Shown: positions 1 through 7,504 of the stretch, one piece after another
Layout: each line of letters opens with the position of its first letter
Position numbering within the stretch: the stretch's first letter is position 1
DNA from: Coprothermobacterota bacterium
GTDB lineage: Bacteria > Coprothermobacterota > HKB111
NCBI GenBank assembly: GCA_037440465.1
Contig: JBBIUB010000008.1
Location: 49,027-65,157, forward strand
Direction of reading: 5' to 3'
Length of the DNA: 16,131 nucleotides
Notes under the pieces: generated by a model
What the model saw: the letters and a program-made list of their open reading frames with translations, nothing else
The model's database searches: none
Told to the model about the DNA's origin: nothing
Program-made: the position numbers and the translations under genes

Positions 1-18
1 TAGACCTGACCCCATAGA

Positions 19-927
19 CTACTGACTTAACCCGGTTAGGTGAGAAATCAGAATAAGCGTAATAGGACTTATGATTGTTGACATAGTGACTATCTTAGAA
101 ATAAGAGAAACATTAAGCCCTACCTGTGCACCATAAATTATTGTGGCTATCATCACAGGCATACTGGACTGTAAAATCACCGTTGACAATATTAGCTGAT
201 GAACTCCCAATAAACTGGCCAATGCAAAGTTTATAAGGGGAAACATAAGCTGTTTCAAGATAACCACCACCACCACAATTAGTATCTCCTTTCTTTGCAT
301 ACTCAACTTTTGAGTAGAGCCCAGGTATAACATCACCAGTGGAGCCGTTAGTTGAGCCAGAAGTCCAAGAGAATCCATAAAGAAGGCAGGAAATGTAATA
401 CTTCTTAATAGAAGACCTGCTACAAGAGCTAAAAAAGGAGGAGCCTTAAAAAGATCTCTAATTATTGTCGCACCATCTCTTCTACTTTTACTGCCCACCA
501 GCGCTACAACAGGCAACCAGAGGACGATAAGAAAGATCCAAGAAGCCTGGTCGTAGATAATAGCATAAGGCATGGCTCCTTCCCCCAGTACTGCTCTTAC
601 TACCGGATACCCGAGGAAGGTAGTATTACCCATCACACCAACTAACACAAGAATGGCTCTAAGTTCAGGAGGAAGCTTTAAAAGAAGTGTTATAAGATAA
701 ATTAATAATCCCAGAAAAACCACTGATACCCAAACTACCAGAGGAATCTTCAGTAAATCAATAGAAAGTTCTGCTCCTCTTATACCCAGAAAGACCAGGG
801 GTGGCAGAGTTACATTGAAAACCAGGCTCCTTAGGAAGTTAGCTCCATCTTCCTTGAGAAAACCAATCTTTTTAAGAACATATCCCAACCCAATAATTAT
901 CAAAAAGGTTAAAATCTTTGTTTCCAT
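19..927 (-). CDS. AEC (auxin efflux carrier / Mem_trans) family secondary transporter
   Basis: 302-aa, very hydrophobic protein (~10 TM segments) with family-typical segments VFNVTLPPLVF, MGNTTFLGYPVV, TAPLVMLYLG, LKQLMFP and LQSSMPV. Substrate cannot be inferred. Confidence 0.88.
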   Translation of the reverse strand: METKILTFLIIIGLGYVLKKIGFLKEDGANFLRSLVFNVTLPPLVFLGIRGAELSIDLLKIPLVVWVSVVFLGLLIYLITLLLKLPPELRAILVLVGVMGNTTFLGYPVVRAVLGEGAMPYAIIYDQASWIFLIVLWLPVVALVGSKSRRDGATIIRDLFKAPPFLALVAGLLLRSITFPAFFMDSLGLLAQLTAPLVMLYLGSTQKLSMQRKEILIVVVVVILKQLMFPLINFALASLLGVHQLILSTVILQSSMPVMIATIIYGAQVGLNVSLISKIVTMSTIISPITLILISHLTGLSQ

Positions 928-934
928 AATTAGA

Positions 935-943
935 AGTATACCA
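935..943 (-). promoter_or_regulatory. Putative extended -10 promoter (TGgTATACT) for the AEC gene, probably giving a leaderless mRNA
   Basis: Minus strand reads TGG-TATACT-tctaatt-ATG. The -10 hexamer is 7 nt from the ATG at 927 and no Shine-Dalgarno lies at normal spacing. Confidence 0.5.
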
Positions 944-1014
944 CCCTCTCCTCACTCCTCCCCCCTTGCGGGAGAATACCTTATGATTATTCTCCTCCCC
1001 TGGCGGGGAGAGGA
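941..1014. repeat. REP-like C-rich/G-rich palindromic element, two units (BIME-like)
   Basis: ccaccctctcctcactcctccccccttgcgggagaata followed by tattctcctcccc-tggc-ggggagagga. Stems: ggagaata(971-978)/tattctcc(988-995) and ctcccc(995-1000)/ggggag(1005-1010). Similar to the elements at 3788-3834, 4197-4285 and 16016-16086. Confidence 0.65.
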
Positions 1015-1048
1015 AGTTCCTAATTTCTAACTCTGGACTTCTTCAATC

Positions 1049-1057
1049 TGATAAAAT
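1049..1057 (+). promoter_or_regulatory. Putative extended -10 promoter (TGaTAAAAT) for tldD-tldE
   Basis: TG at 1049-1050 and TAAAAT at 1052-1057, upstream of SD GGAGGT (1073-1078). No convincing -35. Confidence 0.35.
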
Positions 1058-1085
1058 ACTAAAAGCATTTATGGAGGTGCCTATT

Positions 1086-2468
1086 ATGTGGAATAAAGAA
1101 CTTCTTACAGACATTCTATCGCAGGCTTTAAGCCAGGGAGGTGACTGGTCAGAAATCTTTGGGCAGAAAAATTATAATGTCTCCCTTCGCCTGGAAGATA
1201 GAAAAATTGAAGAAAAATCCCTCGGTCTTGAGGAAGGAGCTGGTCTTCGGGTAATAAAAGGAGATATAATCTACTATGGTTATACTACTAACCTTACCAG
1301 AGACGGTCTTTTCTCCTTAGCTTCACAGGTAGCAAGTGCAGTTGGTCTGGGTGATTTTAAAGCCACCATAACCTTGGAAGATAAGAAATCCCTGACCCAC
1401 TGCACCAGTACAACTCCACTTCAAGGGTTAAAAGTTGAGGACCTGATTACTCTCTTAAGAGAGATAGACGAGATAAGCAGAAACCATGATAAAAGGATTG
1501 TACAAGTAACAGCAGCCCTGGGTCTTGTAGAGCAGAGTATAATAGTAGCCAATTCCAGAGGACTCTTCAAAGAAGAACCACGATTCAGAGTAACCATGCG
1601 AGCACAAGTCACAGCAGAAAAAGATAGTATTCTGGAGACAGGTTTAGCTACTCGTGCAGCCTTTGCTGGAGCAGAATTCTTTAACAGTACAGCTCATAGG
1701 GAGGTGGCTTCTAAAGCTGCTGAACGCGCCATCATCAACCTGGAAGCTCAGGAAGCTCCTTCTGGAGAAATGCCTGTAATCATTGACGCCAGGGCGGGTG
1801 GAACTATGGTCCATGAAGCGGTGGGGCACGGTTTAGAAGGCGACCTGGTGGAACGAGGAATGTCTATATATAAAGACAGGGTGGAACAATTGGTAGCTTC
1901 GCCCCTCATTACTTTGATTGATGATGGCTCAATGCTCGGACACTACGGAAGCAGTGCTATAGATGATGAAGGTACTCCCACTCAAAAAAATATCCTGATG
2001 GATAAGGGCGTTTTGAAAGGCTACCTTCACACCCTCACCACAGCAGAGAAGATGGGAGTTCCTCCCACTGGAAATGGTAGAAGACAAAACTTCCGCTTCC
2101 GTCCCGTGGTCAGGATGACCAATACTTACATAGAAAAAGGTCCCCACGAACCATCTGAAATCCTCAACACGGTAGAGAAAGGCCTCATCGTATTACAGTT
2201 AGGAGGAGGTCAAGTAGATACAACCAGTGGAGATTTCGTCTTTGCCATACTGGAAGGTTACCTTCTGGAAAACGGTAAAATAGGAACTGCTGTTAAGGGA
2301 GCAACCCTTATTGGAAATGGTCCAAAAATCCTGGAAGAAGTGGAGATGCTGGGTAACGACTCGGGCTTCACCGTGGGAACCTGCGGTAAAGATGGACAGG
2401 GAGCACCTGTGACCGATGGCACACCCACCATGCTCATAAAAAAGATCACCATAGGAGGAAAGGGTTAA
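1086..2468 (+). CDS. tldD: TldD metalloprotease (catalytic subunit, TldD/PmbA family)
   Basis: HExxGHxxE motif (HEAVGHGLEGD), DDEG, GNGRR, RMTNT, GGGQV and C-terminal CGKDGQ metal-ligand Cys. Start moved from 1071 to the ATG at 1086 because GGAGGT at 1073-1078 is a well-spaced SD. Confidence 0.95.
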   Translation: MWNKELLTDILSQALSQGGDWSEIFGQKNYNVSLRLEDRKIEEKSLGLEEGAGLRVIKGDIIYYGYTTNLTRDGLFSLASQVASAVGLGDFKATITLEDKKSLTHCTSTTPLQGLKVEDLITLLREIDEISRNHDKRIVQVTAALGLVEQSIIVANSRGLFKEEPRFRVTMRAQVTAEKDSILETGLATRAAFAGAEFFNSTAHREVASKAAERAIINLEAQEAPSGEMPVIIDARAGGTMVHEAVGHGLEGDLVERGMSIYKDRVEQLVASPLITLIDDGSMLGHYGSSAIDDEGTPTQKNILMDKGVLKGYLHTLTTAEKMGVPPTGNGRRQNFRFRPVVRMTNTYIEKGPHEPSEILNTVEKGLIVLQLGGGQVDTTSGDFVFAILEGYLLENGKIGTAVKGATLIGNGPKILEEVEMLGNDSGFTVGTCGKDGQGAPVTDGTPTMLIKKITIGGKG

Positions 2469-2469
2469 A

Positions 2470-3780
2470 ATGAAAGGACTTAAAGATATTCTCCTTTCCG
2501 GAGAAAGAAAAGGCTGCGAGGCTGTAGAAATATACCTGGAAGAAGGAGAGGTGGAAACTATTGAGGTAAGAGGAGGTAGTATAGAGAATTACGACCGGGC
2601 AAAAGACCTAGGCTATGGTATCCGCGTCCTTAAAGATGGTGCTATGGGTCTTGCTTATGGAACCAACCTTTTTGAAGCAGAAACGATCCTGGAACAAGCC
2701 TTAGCCCTGACCAGTGCAGGAGAACCCGATTCTCACATAACCTTCTCTAAAGACTTCAGAATTGATAATCCTCTGGTTAAGGAAGAGCTTGCAACCACAA
2801 AAGGGAAAATAGAGGCCCTAATAGAGTTAGAAAAAGAGATAATAAGCTCCGATTCACGCATAATCTCAGTGGGAGTCACTCATTCCAAAAGCTCCCGAAA
2901 CAAAGTAACTCTTCTCAATAATCAGGGAGTGGAAGTTACCTTCAATAAAGGAGTTGCCTATGTTTTTGCAGATATCACCACTTCTGATGGTAAAGACCAG
3001 CGTGGAGCCTGGGATGTTGACGTTAAGAGAACTTTTGAAGAGTTAGACCTTAAAAAAATCCAGGAAGGTGTGGTTAAAAAGGGTATCTCACTTCTGGGTG
3101 CAAAAAAGATTCCCTCCCAGAAAATCACGGTTATCCTTCCCCCAATGGAAGCAGCAGAACTTCTGGATGCCCTAACAAGCGTTTTTACGGCCGAAGCAAT
3201 CCAGAAGAAGAAATCCGTTTACCGCGAACAGCTGGGTGAAAAAATTGCTCCAGACTTTTTCTCCCTCATTGAAGACGCTAAACACATTGAGGCCCTTAAT
3301 CCACTTTCAGTGGATGAAGAGGGTGTACCCACAGTTAAAACAGAAATCATAAAAGATGGGGTGTTAAACTCCTTCCTTTATAACCTTTATACCGCCAGTA
3401 AGGATGACCGCACTTCTACCGGAAATGGTGTTAGGGGAAGTTACCGCACCATACCCAGAGTAGCACCCTTAAACCTCTATGTAAAGCCGGGTACAAGAAA
3501 CGATGGGGAGGTTATAAAGGGTGTTGAGAAGGGGATTTATGTCTTCTCCTTAATGGGCGCTCACCTCATAAACCCCATTAGTGGCAACTTCTCCATAGGA
3601 GCCAACGGTCTTCTTATTGAGAAAGGAGAGCTAACCAGCCCGGTTGCTGAGATTACCCTGGTGGGTAATATAAAGGACCTTCTGCTAAATGTAGGAGAAG
3701 TCTCCAGCGAGCTTGCCTTTATGGGAACGGTGTCTTCACCACTTATTCGTATAGATGAAGTAATGGTGAGCAGCCAATAA
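2470..3780 (+). CDS. pmbA: TldE/PmbA (non-catalytic partner of TldD)
   Basis: TldD/PmbA-family motifs (GYGIRV, DEEGVP, FLYNLYTA, STGNG, NPISGNFS) without HExxH. Starts 1 nt after the tldD stop. Confidence 0.92.
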   Translation: MKGLKDILLSGERKGCEAVEIYLEEGEVETIEVRGGSIENYDRAKDLGYGIRVLKDGAMGLAYGTNLFEAETILEQALALTSAGEPDSHITFSKDFRIDNPLVKEELATTKGKIEALIELEKEIISSDSRIISVGVTHSKSSRNKVTLLNNQGVEVTFNKGVAYVFADITTSDGKDQRGAWDVDVKRTFEELDLKKIQEGVVKKGISLLGAKKIPSQKITVILPPMEAAELLDALTSVFTAEAIQKKKSVYREQLGEKIAPDFFSLIEDAKHIEALNPLSVDEEGVPTVKTEIIKDGVLNSFLYNLYTASKDDRTSTGNGVRGSYRTIPRVAPLNLYVKPGTRNDGEVIKGVEKGIYVFSLMGAHLINPISGNFSIGANGLLIEKGELTSPVAEITLVGNIKDLLLNVGEVSSELAFMGTVSSPLIRIDEVMVSSQ

Positions 3781-3787
3781 AATAACT

Positions 3788-3834
3788 CTTCCCCCCTGGT
3801 GGGGGAAGGTGGGGTGGTGGGTAGGAGGGGGGTG
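3788..3834. repeat. REP-like element between convergent genes; the hairpin may act as a terminator or mRNA stabiliser
   Basis: Perfect 8-bp stem cttccccc(3788-3795)/gggggaag(3801-3808) with a 5-nt loop, then a G-rich tail whose reverse complement (cacccccctcctacccaccaccccacc) resembles the C-rich leaders of the other copies. Confidence 0.65.
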
Positions 3835-3835
3835 A

Positions 3836-4174
3836 TTAACACGTTAAATGGAAAAGTCCAGCTGTTTTTTGTTTTTGATAGCTTTCATTGAAAGCAACCA
3901 CAGCCTCACGGGTGGTTTGGATTATCAGGGTGATATGACTTCTTTCCAGGAAATCCTGCACCTCCTGGGAAACCATGAGCATACCAGACTCTCCTGTGCC
4001 TACCACCACCACTTCCGGGTTGAAGGCGAGGACTTCCTGCATATCCTCCAAAAAAAGTACGTGACTTTCTTTTCTCCACCAGTTGGGATGTACTCTATCA
4101 CCCAGGATATAGAGGTCGTCTGTATACCTTTTTCCGTAAATAATCATAATCCCGAAATAATATGAGATAACCAT
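3836..4174 (-). CDS. Mth938-like domain protein (DUF498/DUF598; AAMDC/NDUFAF3-like)
   Basis: SYYFGxxxIxGKRYxxD, WWRKESH, PEVVVVGTG, T-x-EAV-x-x-FN and terminal FHLTC. Start moved from 4207 to the ATG at 4174, which has GGAGG 5 nt upstream (112 aa). Confidence 0.9.
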   Translation of the reverse strand: MVISYYFGIMIIYGKRYTDDLYILGDRVHPNWWRKESHVLFLEDMQEVLAFNPEVVVVGTGESGMLMVSQEVQDFLERSHITLIIQTTREAVVAFNESYQKQKTAGLFHLTC

Positions 4175-4190
4175 TAGTGCCTCCGATGTA

Positions 4191-4196
4191 ATTATA
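4191..4196 (-). promoter_or_regulatory. Putative -10 box (TATAAT) for the Mth938-like gene
   Basis: Minus strand reads TATAAT-tacatc-GGAGG-cacta-ATG. Consensus -10 with no recognisable -35; the REP-like element sits where the -35 would be. Confidence 0.4.
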
Positions 4197-4285
4197 CACC
4201 CCTCCACCCTACCCTCTACTGATCTGTGACATATGACGAGTGACCGGTGGCAAGTTGAGGAATCTCTCTTTGGGAGAGGAGTAAA
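4197..4285. repeat. REP-like element interrupted by a 46-bp insert
   Basis: cacccctccaccctaccctct [4218-4263 insert] ctctctttgggagaggagtaaa. Shares ctaccctct and gaggagtaaa with the 16016-16086 copy. CTCT flanks both sides of the insert. Confidence 0.55.
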
Positions 4286-4377
4286 TATATAAAAATAAGC
4301 CTCCTTTTAAGGTTATAATTACATATGATACCTATATTATTTTCATTTACTTCAATAATCCAGATTTTAGAGTTGAT

Positions 4378-5520
4378 ATGAATTCTTCTGATATTCTTAT
4401 TATTGGTGCAGGTCCCGTAGGAAGTTATCTGGCTTATAAATTAGCTGAAGTAGGTCTTGAAGTAACCCTTCTTGAGCAAAAAAAAGAACCCTCGGGTAAA
4501 CCTGCCTGTACTGGAATTATCAGTGAAGAATGTGTTTTGAATTATTCCTTCGACCAGGATATCTTAATTAAACCACTTTACAAAGGTATTTTTCACTCGC
4601 CTGCAGGAGAACAAATTGTAGTAAATAGTAATAATCCTAAGGCTTATTTGATTGACCGTAAACTTTTAGAAGTTAGACAATGGGAAAAAGCTCAAAAAAA
4701 TGGAGTTCGCTTGTTAACAGGTTTCAAAGTAATCAACATACTGACCGATGAAAAAAAAGCTCTCGTAGAAGTAGAAGGAAACCAGCAAACCTTCGTAACC
4801 AAATTGGTAGTAATAGCCTCGGGTTTTAACCCCACCTTAACAGAGCAAGCAAGATTGGGATCTTATGATGATTATGTGTTTGGCGCTCAAGCCGAAGTAG
4901 AATCTGAGGAAGAAGATTTACAGGTTTTTTTTAACCACTATTACGCTCCTGGTTTTTTTGGTTGGTTGGTACCTGTTAAAGAAGATAAAACTCTTATAGG
5001 AATCCTCTCCCGTCGTAATACCCTCAATAATTTGAATAATTTTTACCTTTATCTTCATCAATTGGGTAAGGTAAAGCAGTATATTTCAGATAAACATGTT
5101 AGCGGAATACCGCTTTCCCCCTTAAAGAGAACTTATGCTAATAGAATTATTGCCGTGGGTGATAGTGCTGGTCAGATAAAACCCACAACTGGGGGCGGTA
5201 TTTACTTTGGTCTTATTTGTGCTGATATTGCTTTTGAGGTTATTTTAGAAGGGTTAAAAACCGATGATTATTCTAAATATTTTTTTTCCAAATATGAGAA
5301 AAAATGGAAGGAAAAATTAGGAGGAGAAATCAGGCAGGAACTTTTAGCAAGAAAGATATTTGAAACTCTTGATGATAACAAAATCAACTCAATTATTTCC
5401 CTTATAAATAGAAATAACCTTGTAGTAAAGGTATCCAATAAAGATGATTTATCCTTTGATTGGCACGGAAAAATTATTAAAAAGATAATTAAAGAAATTT
5501 CCCTTGGCAGTTTTTTCTAA
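4378..5520 (+). CDS. Geranylgeranyl reductase family FAD-dependent oxidoreductase (archaeal DGGGPL-reductase-like)
   Basis: Rossmann GAGPVG, KPACTG, IDR, PGFFGWLVP (variant of the GGR PxxYxWxFP motif) and GDSAGQIKPTTGGGIYFG (PxxGGG motif); 380 aa. Confidence 0.85.
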   Translation: MNSSDILIIGAGPVGSYLAYKLAEVGLEVTLLEQKKEPSGKPACTGIISEECVLNYSFDQDILIKPLYKGIFHSPAGEQIVVNSNNPKAYLIDRKLLEVRQWEKAQKNGVRLLTGFKVINILTDEKKALVEVEGNQQTFVTKLVVIASGFNPTLTEQARLGSYDDYVFGAQAEVESEEEDLQVFFNHYYAPGFFGWLVPVKEDKTLIGILSRRNTLNNLNNFYLYLHQLGKVKQYISDKHVSGIPLSPLKRTYANRIIAVGDSAGQIKPTTGGGIYFGLICADIAFEVILEGLKTDDYSKYFFSKYEKKWKEKLGGEIRQELLARKIFETLDDNKINSIISLINRNNLVVKVSNKDDLSFDWHGKIIKKIIKEISLGSFF

Positions 5521-5562
5521 TAAAATCAGAAAACTTAAAATTGTTGTATCATTACTTCAGGA

Positions 5563-6315
5563 TTGAAAATGGATTTAAACACTAAAAAACGAATTGTTGC
5601 TCTAATACCTTGCTTAAATACTTCTTTCCATATAAAAAATGTGGTAGATGATACCTTTAAATATGTGGACGAAGTAGTGGTAATTGATGATGGTTCAACA
5701 GACGATACCTCAAATATTGCCTCAAAAGCCGGAGCTAAAGTGATAATGCACCCTCATAATAAAGGCAAGGGAGAAGCGATGAAAACCAGTACCAAAGAAA
5801 CCCTTGCAGATATTTATGTATTTTTAGATGGGGACGGCCAACACAACCCCCAATATATTCCTAAGCTTTTAATACCTATAATTAATGGGGATGCGGATAT
5901 GGTGATAGGCTCAAGACATCTTGAGGATTCAGAAATTCGCAAGCCATCTCCTATGAGAAGATTAACTAATTTTATAGCTTCTGTAATAATTAATCTGGTG
6001 ATAAATAAATTATTGCCGTTCTTTAGAAAACTAAAAACCGACAGGAACCCAACCTACAGGATAACCGACTGCACCAGTGGATACCGGGCAATAACCTCCG
6101 AAGCTTGGAATATGATGGACCTGAAATCTTCAGGCTTTGAAATTGAAACCGAAATGATTTTTGAAGCGGCCAAGAATCAAATAAGAATAAATGAAGTTCC
6201 GGTTAGTTGTGTATGGTATTCCTCCTCTTCCCGTCTATCAATTATCAGGGATGGATTAAAAACAATTAAACTTCTTTACCAAAAATTAAAAGAGGTAAAA
6301 AATCAAAGTTATTGA
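5563..6315 (+). CDS. Glycosyltransferase family 2, DPM/DPG-synthase-like (polyprenol-phosphate glycosyltransferase; AglJ-like)
   Basis: IPCLN, VIDDGSTD, NKGKGEA, DGDGQH (DxD), DMVIGSR, ITDCTSGYRA and FEIETEM. Start is either TTG 5563 or ATG 5569. Confidence 0.85.
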   Translation: MKMDLNTKKRIVALIPCLNTSFHIKNVVDDTFKYVDEVVVIDDGSTDDTSNIASKAGAKVIMHPHNKGKGEAMKTSTKETLADIYVFLDGDGQHNPQYIPKLLIPIINGDADMVIGSRHLEDSEIRKPSPMRRLTNFIASVIINLVINKLLPFFRKLKTDRNPTYRITDCTSGYRAITSEAWNMMDLKSSGFEIETEMIFEAAKNQIRINEVPVSCVWYSSSSRLSIIRDGLKTIKLLYQKLKEVKNQSY

Positions 6316-6396
6316 AGGTAGTTTAAAATAATGTGGATATTTATATTTTTTTTAGAAAGTTTATAAGTATAAAATAACAGGATTTCTACAATAGAG

Positions 6397-7395
6397 ATGG
6401 AAAATTCAGGCTTAGCCAGCGTATTAATTGTAGTTCATAACCACGAAAAATACTTAAAACCTTGCATCAATTCAGTTTTAAGGCAGGATTATCCTTGCGA
6501 AGTCATATTAGTTGATAACTGTTCAATAGATAACAGCTTGAAAGTCGCCAAAGAGGAATTCCCAAATATAAAAATCATAGAAAGTGTTGAAAATAAAGGT
6601 TATGGTGCTGGAAATAATATAGGTTTTAAGCATGCGGAAGGTAAATATATTGTATTCTTGAACCCTGATACAATAGTAGAAGAAAGATGGCTTAGAGAGC
6701 TTATAAGACCATTACAAAACGAAGAAAAAGTAATAACAACGCCTAAAATATTATTATATGATGGTTCTTCTATCAACACTTGCGGTATGATAGATCATTT
6801 TACTGGCTTAACCTTCACGAGAGGTATAGGCTCTAAAAATGACGCTTTTACAGAGTTAGAAGAAGTAAGCGGTTTTTCTGGTGCCTGTTTTGCAATAAGG
6901 AAAGACTACTTTGAAGAACTTGGAGGATTTGACGAAAACTTTTTTCTTTATAATGAAGATGCCGACTTATCCTGGAGAGCTCACTTGAAAGGTTTCAATG
7001 TCCTATATGTTCCATCTTCTGTAGTTAAACACGATTATAAATTAAATGTTCCACCTAAAAAAATATACCATCTTGAAAAGGGCAGGTATATGATTTTGAA
7101 GAAATATTTATCCTGTAAATACTTTCTACTTTTAAGTCTATCTTTACTAACAACAGAGTTTTTAACCTTTGGGTATTCTTCAAAACTCGGTTGGGAAGGC
7201 GTCAAATATAAACTAAAAGCTGTAATAGAAAGGTTTACTATTAGAGTTAATAAAGTAGAAGGAGATAAGGAGAACCTACTCAAAAATCTAAGTGTTACAA
7301 TTCCTACCAACCAGCTGACTTCTAATAAACTTGAAGAAGCAATTATAAAATTTGCCAATAAGATTTATAAATGGAATATTAAGTGGGTTAGGTGA
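6397..7395 (+). CDS. Glycosyltransferase family 2 (WbbL/rhamnosyltransferase-like subfamily)
   Basis: LVDNCSID, NKGYGAGNNIG, FLNPDT, SGACFAIR, GGFDENFFLYNEDADLSWR and V-x-H. Rhamnose specificity is an inference from the neighbouring rml genes. Confidence 0.88.
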   Translation: MENSGLASVLIVVHNHEKYLKPCINSVLRQDYPCEVILVDNCSIDNSLKVAKEEFPNIKIIESVENKGYGAGNNIGFKHAEGKYIVFLNPDTIVEERWLRELIRPLQNEEKVITTPKILLYDGSSINTCGMIDHFTGLTFTRGIGSKNDAFTELEEVSGFSGACFAIRKDYFEELGGFDENFFLYNEDADLSWRAHLKGFNVLYVPSSVVKHDYKLNVPPKKIYHLEKGRYMILKKYLSCKYFLLLSLSLLTTEFLTFGYSSKLGWEGVKYKLKAVIERFTIRVNKVEGDKENLLKNLSVTIPTNQLTSNKLEEAIIKFANKIYKWNIKWVR

Positions 7396-7504
7396 GATTA
7401 CTTCGTAATTCGGAAAAGTAATTTGATAAACAGATTCCAAGTACTCTATTTTTATCTTTCCACTAAGTCTAATTTAGGATCAAAATAGATATTTTTGAAC
7501 TCAT
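7396..7504 (-). pseudogene. Truncated, decayed N-terminal fragment of a GT2 glycosyltransferase
   Basis: The ATG at 7504 overlaps the methyltransferase TGA (ATGA). It reads MSSKISILILN*T*WKDK, then after a frameshift IEYLESVYQITFPNYEVI. This matches the GT2 start consensus [36 protein letters not shown]. Similarity ends at 7396. Confidence 0.8.

Noticed and set aside
941..1014. CRISPR array, tRNA or riboswitch interpretation of the palindromic repeats
   Set aside because: No regularly spaced identical repeats with spacers, no cloverleaf and no recognisable aptamer consensus.
815..1030. 71-aa plus-strand ORF
   Set aside because: Antisense to the AEC gene and runs through the REP-like repeat; no RBS or recognisable motif.
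1086..3780. tldD/tldE as part of a RiPP (microcin-like) cluster
   Set aside because: No precursor peptide, YcaO, intact radical SAM or peptide exporter nearby. It looks like the ordinary housekeeping pair.
1421..4165. Short antisense ORFs (1421-1612, 1644-1829, 1929-2147, 2258-2452, 3561-3842, 3848-4165)
   Set aside because: Shadow frames of tldD, tldE and the Mth938-like gene, with no independent coding evidence.
4478..5287. A8/T8 homopolymers in the GGR gene as phase-variation tracts
   Set aside because: Short A/T runs are expected in AT-rich DNA and the frame is intact. No long poly-G/C tract occurs in any glycosylation gene.
7392..7421. Tiny plus-strand ORF GTG-RLLRNSEK overlapping the GT2 stop as the start of a lost downstream gene
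   Set aside because: Only 9 codons, and the same DNA is better explained as the minus-strand GT2 remnant.
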